A DNA stretch of 57,830 nucleotides, counting the filler, from Sphacelaria rigidula (taxonomy: Eukaryota): the NCBI GenBank assembly GCA_964200075.2. It is 7 parts of 7 records of this genome, joined end to end, with 100 filler letters (N's around TTAATTAATTAA, not from the genome) between each part and the next. Parts side by side here need not be neighbours in the genome. Positions count along the whole stretch, not along the records: positions 33,105 to 41,280 come from CAXNAA020012020.1; positions 41,381 to 49,555 come from CAXNAA020012021.1; 5 more parts are not named here. One strand, given 5' to 3'. The notes under the pieces were generated by a model that saw nothing but the letters and a program-made list of their open reading frames with translations, was not told where the DNA came from and did not search any database. Each line of letters starts with the position of its first letter. The stretch's first letter is position 1. Both the position numbers and the translations under genes were made by a program. Of the stretch, positions 36,495-47,285 are shown in pieces.

Positions 36495-38632
36495 TAATCC
36501 TTCGGAGCAAGATTTCTGTCCGAAGATGGGTTGGGGCACGGAGCGTCTTTTGCAATATTGGTGAATCTGTCGAGTGTTGAATTTAGTATACTTGTATGGA
36601 TGGGCGATGCCTGGGAACGGCAGTTGTCGTGGCTGGCCGCGACAGTTGTACGTGGCTGGCCGCGACAACTGTTGCGTTTCGTTTGAGATACCTTGGTCGG
36701 CCGCAGCAAATAGCGAAGCGTCAGTTTGCGAAGCCGGCGAGGTTACAGCATCTAGTACGGGCAAACGAGGGGACGTTTTGGCGTAGGGTGAAGGCGATTT
36801 GGCTACACTTGAGTCAATTCGCTACCCGTCTTAGTCGACGACAACATTGGTAGAATAGGGAACGGTCAAGCGTGGATGGCTCGTCGGTCACCACGCTATG
36901 TTTTCCTTGTGATAAAGACTCAGCCGGGGGGTTCTCATGACAAGGAGGCGCATGCCCAATTATATCTGACCCAAGAGATAACAACGCTATTTTAGTGGTG
37001 GGTTCTAACACAGTATGTGAGGGGTCTGCAGGAAGCCGTGTTGATCTGTTCGAAATCTGGCAAACACCGGCCTGGTCGACAGTATCGCTTTCATCCAATG
37101 AAACCCACACCCGTTCACGATTAGGGGGACGGGTGCAACTGTGTCATCAGGGATATCTACAGGGTCATCCGGAGGAGCCCGCCTAGGGTGACGCGTATAG
37201 CGCACCAACGGTTCGGCTGCTCCGGGGGCTATTCGGAATTGGTCAAGGACAATCCGCCCTCGGTCATGCTCGTGGCGCTCCACCGGCGCTGTGCTTAGGG
37301 TTCCTTTCCAACCCGCTGAGCGACGGAAAGCTGAGTTTGACACGGTTGCGCTCCGTGCTCGAACAATTACGCTCACCAAATCAAAGGAGACCGGGCACCG
37401 ACGTCATTTCGTTCGTTGGTGTAACAGGGGTCGGCTTGGCACCTAAGCATGTTTGGGGGCTGGCGTGTGGCCTTGATTTTGTTTTCCTACGATAAACGGT
37501 CGCAGGGGTAATAGCTACCGCGACAAAAGATGTTCCTGCTTCGGGGGCGGGAGGTGTTACACGACATGACTGCCGATCCGCGAGGAGAAAGGATTCAACT
37601 GGCTATGATTAATACCACTTGGAGGTAAAACTAGGTGATCAGCTCTAGAATTAAGACACTGGGATTGGTCATTGCGCAATTGGGAGTCATGCAACGATGC
37701 ACGGGATTCTGCTGCCATGGAACTCATCATGACAGTCTGATCGAGCCCAGTGTACCCGCACCACAAACCTGAACCTGTGCCGTACGACATTGATTCAATT
37801 CTGTGATGTGTGTCTACTGGCCGAGCGAAAGAAAAGGGGGGGGCACTTCCAGTCGTTGGTTCCATAATGTGGGCCTGTGGCAGACATTGAGGAATGGACG
37901 CGAAGTGTATTCAAAACGGGCAGAGGACGACGGCCTAATTTTGAGGCAGTGGTACACTCTGAATCGCCCCACTATATGCGTATTTGAAAACGCGGGGTTT
38001 CGTGATTTCCAAAACATCGTCAAGAGGCGCGTGTAACATCGGTGCAGGGACAGGAATCAATCTGGCGGGGCTCAACCGTTGGGCGAGGTCCAATGACAAG
38101 TTGGCGTGTGCCATCTTGTGATTGACCTCGTGCATATGGGTGGAAGGGGCCAGGGTGAGATATGGGTAGACTCGGGGCGGAAGCCTTTGCGCCTGAGCCT
38201 GCAAATACGACTGATTGCACTGTGGGTTGAGATCGCTGTGATCACTACCGTGGTTACAGCATCAAATCGGGGGTGGTTGTTTGAACCGCGCGAATGGCGA
38301 CGTCGAGGGCGACGGTTTTAACGCATACGCCCGTATTGTGAGGATTTGGTCCAAAGAAAATAATCTGATCACACCGAACGCGTTTGTGAAAAGCTTCTCA
38401 CAGGTGCGCATCAAATATATGGGTACGCAATCGGCCGCGGTATACCCAGAATGTTCATGAAACCAAATGCTACAACATTGACATGTATCCTTACAGGGGC
38501 GGACCAAGTCAGTTTGAAGGAGGGGGTCGACGTAACGGTTCCACATCGGTGGTTTCGATAAGGTCCGTGGACGTGCTGATTTGATGTGCCTATCACCAAA
38601 TTTATGGTGCGAAAAGCCAAGGAGAGAATCAA
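36495..38632 (-). pseudogene. Probable upstream (gag/protease-side) part of the decayed gypsy element
   Basis: Removing the 34838-36494 insertion joins ...NLAPKDY to QRVYLST...SAYHQL in one frame. Further upstream there are only broken ORFs with no clear motif, so the upper boundary is uncertain. Confidence 0.4.
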
Positions 38633-39730
38633 CTCGTTATCACTACGGTGGTTGGTACCGTCGCTGAAGACATGACCTGACCCTCTGACTTATTCCATAT
38701 ATGATCCATTTCAGCCAGCGAGACGGGAGAGTGGAAACCACCTAGCTGCTGAAATTTGAATCAAGAAGGGTAAGAGAAGATCGCAGGAACCTCAGAAAAA
38801 AAAAATGAGTTGTACCTCACAATCTCAAGAGTGCCTAGCATAAAGTGACTGTTTTCATGCAGTACTGTACAGAGATATCGAAGGTTTAAATCATGCCGCC
38901 ATGAAACTTAAATACTGTACTCGTAAAGCACAGTAAGCAGCGACGAAGTATAAATCATGCCGCCATGAAAAATAATTGCTGTACTCGTGAAGCATAGTGA
39001 GCAGCGACACCAACCCGTCAAATCCAGTTTTAGCACTTGCGAAGGTTTGGCAAAAATGGGAAACAGCAACTAGCGCGATTCCAGCTGCGCGTAGACAATA
39101 TCGTGACACCCGTACGCATGGTGTAGCAGCTCAACTGACTGTACTCATCGCCAGTATCATGATTTCCGCTGCAATTAGCTGAGGTGGGGGTAGGCGGGGG
39201 TGACATGCAGTACGGCGGGCAATGAGCGTACACAAGCAACCCAAACAATGTCATATCTGTAGCACAGTACAGACAATGCAGCACAAACAGTAGGATGTAG
39301 CCCGGTGCGGTATCGTACCGTATTATAACCCACGATACAGTAACTACCGGGTAATGCAAGGTCAAATGTACGGTGCAATGAAATTAGTTGGGTGGTACAG
39401 ATGGTATTAAGTACCGGACAGCACGACGCTATATAGTGCAATCGAGTGAATTTACACCATACGTGATAGCTGTAGTTTTCGTGCAGTGTTGTGTTTTGCG
39501 TACACTCATATCGCACAATTTTTCAACAACTCGGGACAGTACAATCTGCTTTCTAGGGAAAGTGTGCACCACAATACACTATAGGCGGCAGGCGTCCTGA
39601 TCGTCAAGCGACGACCGCAAGCAGGTGCAGCGTTGTACTTTTCCAATTTTCAAATGAGTTGTTGTCTCAGGCTATTCCAGATTCGGCATTAGATTGCTAT
39701 GACAGAAAACACTCTCGTATTTCGGAATAC

Positions 39731-39802
39731 TTGAAAAAACAAGGAGAACTTTTAAAAAAACAAGGAGAAATTTTTAAAAAGCAAGGAGAACTTTTCGAAA
39801 AA
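39731..39802. repeat. Minisatellite, about three 21-nt units
   Basis: AAAAAACAAGGAGAA(C/A)TTTT is repeated three times. A duplicated ATGGAGTACAG..TACTACACTGAACACAAGACAA follows at ~39827 and ~39875. Confidence 0.8.
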
Positions 39803-40485
39803 CTGCTCAATACATGACCCCAATCCATGGAGTACAGGATACTACACTGAACACAAGACAATTCTGCAGTGGAATATGGAGTACAGAGTACTACACTGAA
39901 CACAAGACAACACAGCAGTTCTGCAGTGTTTTTTTGTTTTAGAACCTGAAAACGGACAGCAACCACTGGAACCCTGCAGCATTGAACACGAGTTAAGTAC
40001 AGGAATATATACACTGCAGTAGCTGGGTATGCTTTGTTATTTTTTGTTGGCGAAAACTTGCACGTCTTCTCTCATGGTGGTCATCAGCGACAGAACTGCG
40101 TGGTACGGTGGGCAACCGAGTTGCGTGCACGCTCATGGATAGGGCAGTCTGTACAAAGCTGCACGTTGCTGAAGTCCTCTTCACGTCGCATTGAAAGCAG
40201 GGACACCTGATAGTCCTGGGCTCTCTGCACTGCATGTTGCCGACTTCTCCTTCACATCCTCCTGAACGAAACACGCGCTGAAGACACCCTGCTTGCAAGC
40301 GGTGCAGACAGTACAGACTGTGTGTATTGTACACGAGTGACCATGTGCCGTGTCACGAATTTCACTGTATTGTTTTGATCGAAAGCTTGAACATCCATCT
40401 GGACCCAACTGCCTCAGAACGAGTTTTTTTCTCGCTCAGATGGATCCCATCGCTCCATTTTTTCGACCGTAAGACAGGCTCCAAG

Positions 40486-40672
40486 GGCCTGTCTTGGCAC
40501 ATGAGTTTTCGATCGAAATTGTGCGGCGGAAAGCAAAACTCCTGATCTGATAGGTCGTGATTTCAACCATCTTCAATATTTACGACGATGGTTGAAATAA
40601 TGACCTATCAGATCAGGATTTTTGTTTTCCACCGCACTTTTTCGATCATAAACTCATGTGCTAAGACAGGCC
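40486..40672. mobile_element. Palindromic MITE-like hairpin (~187 nt)
   Basis: GGCCTGTCTTGGCACATGAGTTT...CTGATCTGATAGGTC...TTTCAACCATC pairs with GATGGTTGAAA...GACCTATCAGATCAG...AAACTCATGTGCTAAGACAGGCC around a short loop. Confidence 0.85.
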
Positions 40673-40840
40673 GTAACCACCAGTCCCAAGTCCTACAGTA
40701 TCGACAGGCAGTTTTGTACAAATTGGACCCAGATCTGCATGCAGGTTGAAAATTGAGGCGGGTCTGGAAGTGTCGTGAGTCAAACCAGCCCCGAAAAGAC
40801 AAGCACAGACACCCACCACTCACGGCATTAGTTTCACTGC

Positions 40841-41093
40841 TGAGCAATGCTACGGTAGGGGTGCACTTTTTTCGCGAAATTTCGTCTGGTTCAGAGGCAC
40901 CTGACGATTCTAGACGCACAAGAATATGAGCCAGGGCATCCCCGTTTGCAGATTAATTCGGGATATGCCCAGCACATTGGAATAGTAATCCTGGCGTGCT
41001 CTCGCATATTTTCATAAATCGTGTTTTGGATGAGATTATGGGTTCCTGACAATTCTAACTTCAGAAAATATTTGTGTACCCCTACCATAGCAT
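40841..41093. mobile_element. MITE, inverted copy of 23874-24130
   Basis: TIRs ATGCTACGGTAGGGGTGCAC ... GTGTACCCCTACCATAGCAT, and the internal sequence aligns along its length. Confidence 0.85.
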
Positions 41094-41097
41094 TCCT

Positions 41098-41280
41098 CTG
41101 CTAGCCCTTGCTAATCTACACACAACAGTCTTTGTTTGACAGCAAATCGAGCCGTAGCTGTTTATCAGCTGTGCACGTTGTGCGTGACCTTGCTCACATC
41201 TGCTCATAATTCACCGAGAAATGATGATTTGTGTGAGACGCGCGCGCAGCACACGCTTAAAACACGGTCAGCAACGACAC
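41098..41280. mobile_element. MITE-like repeat (family of 3761-3998), cut by the segment boundary
   Basis: Starts with the TIR CTGCTAGCCCTTG and shares its body with 3761-3890. Confidence 0.7.
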
Positions 41281-41737
41281 NNNNNNNNNNNNNNNNNNNN
41301 NNNNNNNNNNNNNNNNNNNNNNNNTTAATTAATTAANNNNNNNNNNNNNNNNNNNNNNNNNNNNNNNNNNNNNNNNNNNNGGCGGACCCAAGCGTAACCT
41401 TTCATTTTTTTTCCGAAACGAGGTACCCAAAACCCCCCCCCCCCCCCCCCCCCCCCCTCCACACGCTTGGAACTGGATCTTACGCCTCACAACAAACACC
41501 CCGACGCTTCCTGAAGCTGAAAATCCCTAGACAGTCTTCACAAAATATGAAGAAAAAACACTCGAGTACTCGACTGCACGTACAGTACATGAGTGGGAAA
41601 GAACAAAAAAAGGGGCTATTTTAGCAAAAAGGACAAGACAAAAAGCACCGCACACACATACCGCAACAATGATAACAGTACAACAAGGAGCAGCACATGA
41701 CAACATATAAACGAACACGGGAATCAATCATGACCAC

Positions 41738-41964
41738 CTTTTCGACATGTCGAAAATCCTGAGGGCGGCCTCCGCGTGGATGGGGATCGCGGCCAGCGCC
41801 GAAGTGTTGAAGCCGCTCGCGGAGACGGCCGAAACGTTACCCCACCGCCCTGGGCCCGGCAAAAAAGAACCACCCAAGACATCTCCGTCATATCCGGCCG
41901 CGTAGCGCACCGTGGGCACCAATCCGTTTTCCCATTGGCCCGAGAAGATGGACGTCAGTTCTGC
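41738..41964 (-). CDS. Internal exon of a GH63-like (mannosylglycerate/glucosylglycerate hydrolase, MGH1-like) glycoside hydrolase
   Basis: ccag|GCA GAA CTG... gives AELTSIFSGQWENGLVPTVRY...FLPGPGRW...NTSALAAIPIHAEAALRIF, followed by AG|gtggtc. It follows the family pattern ELxxLFxxQWxNGMVPHI...YFPGPxxW...TSGITQPPxHAxA. The donor site is weak. Confidence 0.72.
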
Positions 41965-41988
41965 CTGGTTATGCGTACGTAGCGGCGC

Positions 41989-42100
41989 GGGGGGGGGTGT
42001 ACTCATGATCTTGCATGCCACAGTCATAAGACTATTGATCTCGCATCCCGATAAAGCCGGGACGGAGCACGCCGGGATGTCGCCGGACCAGGCTCGCAAT
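41989..42100 (-). mobile_element. Second retroposon-like family ending in ATGAGTAC plus a C-run
   Basis: GGGGGGGTGTACTCATGATCTTGCATGCCA...CATAAGACTATTGA.CT.GCATCCC recurs at ~23375-23435 and ~49753-49860. Confidence 0.65.
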
Positions 42101-43835
42101 CAATCATCAAGCGCGAAGCGCCGTGGTGTGTTCGGCTAGTCGCGTGAAGGGTGAGCTTCACCCTGCTAGGATTGTTCGGCCCGAAGCCTGCTGATTATCT
42201 TGCAATTGGATGACAGCCTCAAATGAGTTGCTTCATTTTTCTGGTATCGCCACCTCAAGAGACAGCCACGGCTTATACACCGCCTCATGGGTGTCTCACC
42301 ATTTGAACACTACGTAGTACGATCTCCCACGCCGCACAACATGATCTAGCTCGACTACCATCATGGTTACCAAGCGCGCAAAAAACGGTAACCTGTTTGC
42401 CTAGCTTACGCGGTGAGTGGCGTGTTTTATAGCGTCATCGCCAACCGACGTCAACCCGATCGGGGGCCCGCCCCTACAAAGTCGGGACAGAGCACGCTGG
42501 GTTCTCGCCGAACCAGGCTGAAGGAGGGGGGGGGGGTCCTCAGGATGCAGTAGCGATCGAAGCAATGCGTGTGTATACATCGATAGGGGAGCAGTTGCTC
42601 GAAAATATGCGCGTGTGTGGCTGGGATGAAATGTCAAAAGAAAGTAGCAATTCAACATTGACAAGCTGTACTGTCTCGATACGTAAAGATAGTAGATACA
42701 GGAGAAACCGGTCGCCGAGGGTATAATAAAACCGTTTGAAATAGGTTCTGGAGTTGACGGTATATACCACGCCCGGTTCATGATTTATTGGGACCCAAAA
42801 ATGCGTCACCAACGGCCGGTGTTGAGGCAGGGGTGACTTCTCTCTTCACCATCAATATGAGTGAAACGGACAAAATTGGAGGAAGGCATAGGGCGTAGAG
42901 ATACAGACCAGATGGGAGATTCCTCGAATACTGGAGTTAAGCTTATGGAAGCTCGTTGTTCGCCGGCGAGGAGATCCCTCCCCCCTCCCCACCATGGTTT
43001 GTTCCCTAAGTTTTTGTATCGCCTAAGTCTTCGCTGAGGACCTGCGATCAATCGTCTGTATCTTATACCGCTGCCTGCCTCTGCGTCACCTCGCTGGTGA
43101 AATCGACTTGGTGAATTTTGGATGCATAAGGCGAGTAGAAGATATGTAATTGTGAGGACGTGTTCAGCATGAGAGAGTCGGCTGTACGCACAACATGATC
43201 CATTCGCAGGATCTTTTCGCCCACAGCAAGGGTTAGAGCTGCCACCCCAGATAAGGAACCAATTGAAGGCGAGGGTAGGCGATCTACTGATGATTCGGCA
43301 TCATTTTACCATATTTTGCTACGTGTAGAATGTGCTGATTCAACAGATCACCCACCCTCGCGACCAAAGCGTTTTCATTCATACGCTTGATTGGGTAAGA
43401 GAAAAATGCAAGTATGTGACCCCGTGATGCTGCTTCGAAGCACGTGGTTTTGTGTGCAAGTGAATTTAAACGTTACATGTGATATATAATGACTGCGTAC
43501 CCTTCGGTGCAAGACGTTCACGAGCACTACAACTGTTGTTGTATGACACCGACAGAGCAATCAAAAGTACCAAATTTCGTAAGATCACAGACAACAGTGA
43601 AATTACATATTTTGTCATTTCAACGTGACCGTCCAACAACAGCCCTGCGATCTGGGAGATTTTACGCCAACTAAACGTAAAATCTGGACAATTATGAACC
43701 CGCAATTACACCTATACTTTCAAAGGGGGGGAGAGGGGGGGGAGGCACAATGTTCAACACGTCGGACAACTCATGAGGTAACCCGTTTACAGTATATGGT
43801 ATATAGCTCCTCCAGTGGACATGGGTACACTGCCT

Positions 43836-44022
43836 AGTTGCATCGTATGACTCAGCTAGTGGAAATAGGCACCGCTGAGTTACGCCACATAGTTCATGCA
43901 ATGGAAATAGGTATCGGTGAGTCATACCATGTCACTCATCCAACGGAAATATATACCGTTGAGGTATACCGTGTAACTCAACCGGTGGAAGCAAGTACCG
44001 CCGAGATATATCGTATAACCTA
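43836..44022. repeat. Degenerate 48-nt tandem repeat, about 4 units
   Basis: ACTCA.C.A..GGAAATA.G.ACCG.TGAG recurs with 48-nt spacing. Related units lie at ~45860-45950. Confidence 0.7.
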
Positions 44023-44059
44023 GCGCTGGGTCACAAGAAAATGAGTCAACTCGAGTTGA

Positions 44060-44261
44060 CCCTTTGACCGCGAGGGTAGGTCGCCTGCTAAATCGGCATC
44101 AGTTTCACTTGAAAAAGTATGCGCGATCCAGACGGACTACCCGCGTCGGGGTCTAAGGGTTTACCTTTGGACCGCGAGATTAGTTCATCTGTTGAATCGG
44201 CATCAATTTCCCTTGAAGAAGGAATGCATGATCCAGATGGACTACGTTCGCGGTCCAAGGG
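44060..44261. mobile_element. Two head-to-tail piggyBac-like MITEs
   Basis: 44060-44159 and 44164-44261 are separated by TTTA and followed by TTAA. Both match 14510-14607. Confidence 0.75.
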
Positions 44262-45134
44262 TTAAGGTGAGTTTGAGTTGTCCGACGTGTGCAATGTTCA
44301 CTGTTCCCAAGCGATAACAAGATGAAAGCCGGGAACTTATCATGCGGGGGACTTAATGAGGGGGTGGTATTTAACGTCCCGGTGATACCCACATACATAC
44401 AGTCACCTGCGGTAATGCTCTCGCTATACATATGATGACATACACAAAAACATCGAGAGATGGGGGGGGGCAGGGGATCAATGCAACGGACACATACATG
44501 CGGTTGGCGGGCTACGCTGCCCGTAAAAGAAATAAGTGTAGCACCAACAGTAAAAAATCAAGACAACTTTTCTGGACATGCGCGCGTCGAAGATCGATGT
44601 CACTGCAACATCTCCAGGGGCTTTCAAAAGAGACCAAACCCGTGTCAAACCTCTCCATCACATCTCCATCTGGCCAGTGGTATGTACAGTAGGGAGCGAA
44701 CGAATCTCCCAAGAGGGTACGATCTCCGACCGTAACCCGAGAGCGCACCGTAGAGTTCATGCGAAATAGTCCATGGTTCGGACGAATCATCGCTAGCTCA
44801 CCGAATCCACCATTTATTCAGGCCTGATTGCTCGACAGAGAGATAAATCTTGACCGCTGGTCCGGAAGGTCTCCACGCAAATTTTAAGTCATTCCACGTG
44901 CCTGGGCAGCGCGTACCTGGGTTGCGACGCTGAAAATAAAGCCTAGGAATTGATTCGTACGGTACGAATCAGTTACACTAAAATCAAGTAATTTCCAGAC
45001 GAATCGTTAATTCGTCCGACCCTTGACATGGTCGACGAAATCCATGGTCTCGAGCTGAGCACTTGTTTCTAGGGAACAACAGTGCCACATTCGGATCTTT
45101 TGGAGGATGCTGAGAGTCCCAGGAGGTCAACGTG

Positions 45135-45305
45135 CGCATGACGCATCTCCGCTCAAATCGGCGCCGATTCGAGCTTTGCCAATGCACACGTTTCTTGGGA
45201 TATCCTGTCCACTCTACCTTTGCCCAACGGTTCTCGGTATGCCTTGGGTTGGGGTTGGGGTTGGGATTATAGCTATACTGTATGGTTAGCGTCAGCGTTA
45301 GGATT
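45135..45305 (-). repeat. Inverted, diverged copy of the CCCTAA-headed repeat
   Basis: GGTTCTCGGTATGCCTTGGGTTGGGGTTGGGGTTGGG is the reverse complement of the head of 45643-45843. Confidence 0.6.
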
Positions 45306-45642
45306 TGACAAGAAATGACAGATGTCTAAGCATGGGAATCTGTTCGACCAGCTGTCGTGAAAAAACGTACCTCAGGAGATCGTCCGTTTCTCCCCCTGTT
45401 ACGTTGTACCCCGTCGAATCTTAGTGGCCCTACGACAGGCATCTCCTCCGTGCGTGATGCTATCCATCACGAGCCCAATTGTCTTACAGCCCTGCATACG
45501 TCTCATGTTGTGCACGTCAGACATCTCGTGAGTTTGATTCAACTACGTGGTGAAACTCTTCCAGTGAAAATAAGTACCGCTCGGGGAGGTTAGTGCACTA
45601 CTTGGTAGGTATGGAATTTTCTCATAAATTTATGATTTCGAA

Positions 45643-45843
45643 TAACCCTAACCCTAACCCTAACGAAGGCATACCGAGAACCCTCGAGCAAGGGGGGTGC
45701 AAAGTGTTTCCTAGGCAAAGTGCGCGTTGCGAGATCTTGAACCGACGCCGTAGGCACCGATTTAGACGAAAACGCGTTCTGCGCACGCTAGGAGCACAGC
45801 CCCCACTAAAGATCCGGATTCTGATGTCTACACTAAATCCGAA
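45643..45843 (+). repeat. Dispersed repeat headed by (CCCTAA)3
   Basis: TAACCCTAACCCTAACCCTAAC followed by GAAGGCATACCGAGAACCCTCG. Related to 15733, 25796 and 45135. Confidence 0.75.
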
Positions 45844-46685
45844 TAGGGAAGTCTTGTACCCACCTAGTGGTGAACTCTACTGCTCTGAGTCACGTAGTAT
45901 AACTTATTCGGTAGAAATACGAGCAGATACCGCTGAGTTATGCCACATGATGCACTACTACACTACCACAGGGTCCATCCGCGATTGTTAAGGTCATAAT
46001 TTTGAGATTTTCGAGTTGAAAACATCAGAAAACTCACTAAGAGACCGAAAAATTGTAGATGACGCACATTGGTATATCAGGAACGTTGGACAACTTGGAT
46101 TTGGGCGCGGGCGGGGGGGGGGGGCATGGTCGCGCAGACGACGAAAAAATTGCCGTCCCGGACGGTGTTTCCTACCATGAATTTGGGGGTGGTATCCACC
46201 GTTTCGTTCTGTAGCGTGAAAATGGCAATACTTTTGGATTATATCAAGTTTTTTTTTGGCGTGATTCAAAAATAAAAAGCGAAGAAAATAATATATTTTC
46301 TCCCCCCGGGATTTCATGCACGCATGTCTCCCCCAAGAACATGATCACATAGGTGGTATCTACAGTTTTGGCTTGTTACACACGAATGGCGATTCGCTCA
46401 AACACACACACGCATCGATAGATAGTAGTTTTATCCTTCGACGCCTCGTTTCTCCCCAACCGGGGATGGAATCCCTGTATCCCCTACCAAAGCACGATAG
46501 AGGGCGTTATCTAACGTTTTGACTAGTTTCATAGGCATATATACACGCACGGCGATGCCCCCGAACACGCGGGAGGGATCGTTAAATTGACTCCTCCTTC
46601 TCCCCATCCCATTCCCCGGGGATAATATCAATGCATCCTCTCCCGAAAAAATTCAGTGGGGAGGGGAGTGCGATCTTGCCTCCGA

Positions 46686-46826
46686 GTGGTACCACGGTAG
46701 GGGTGCAAAATTTTCCCATCAGCCTCATAATCTAGGAGACTCTCAGTGAGAAACATACGGGCCGAAATGAGCAACCTTAGACAAAGTTTTGGCCTAATAA
46801 AATAAGTACACCCGTACCGTAGCACT
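46686..46826. mobile_element. Short MITE with TIRs related to the 23874/40841 family
   Basis: ACGGTAGGGGTGCA ... GTACACCCGTACCGTAGCAC, with a different internal sequence. Confidence 0.5.
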
Positions 46827-46929
46827 ACCCAACCCTCACCCCGCAAGCGAGTTCGTGTGCCGATTACTCGGAGGCTCGGCCAGACTGACTGCCTCACGGC
46901 AGTCATGTGGGGTAGGCGCCTCGAACGTT

Positions 46930-47285
46930 CGCAAGCTTTGCTCAAGGCAGTGTGAGGGTTCAACCCACTAAAACCCCCCATCAACTTGGCGTAGTGGACG
47001 CGCCGCTCTACCCTCATCAGCTTCGGCCATACTCACTACTCCTCCCAAAATTCTTGGGCTTTCGCCCGCATGTGCAGCAGCGCCGTGCTTTTGTTGGACA
47101 GCGTACTTTGCTTGATCCCCCGACCATTTCCCCGATCGTTTATTTTGTCCCAGCTCAACATTTTGAGAGAGTTTTGCGTTCATTTTCTCCTTCATTTTAT
47201 CGCGGTGATCGGGGGTCGGGATTTGAACCCGGGACCCTGCAGTGGTAACCAAGCAGTCCGACTTCTCTCACCGGCGTGGCTGGCC
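46930..47285 (-). mobile_element. Probable tRNA-related SINE (second family)
   Basis: The reverse strand has a tRNA-like head with B box GGTTCAAATCC inside a CGGG/CCCG T-stem, but no complete cloverleaf. The 3' boundary is uncertain. Confidence 0.45.

Noticed and set aside
45643..45664. True telomere
   Set aside because: It has only about three units, is internal, and is attached to a dispersed repeat.
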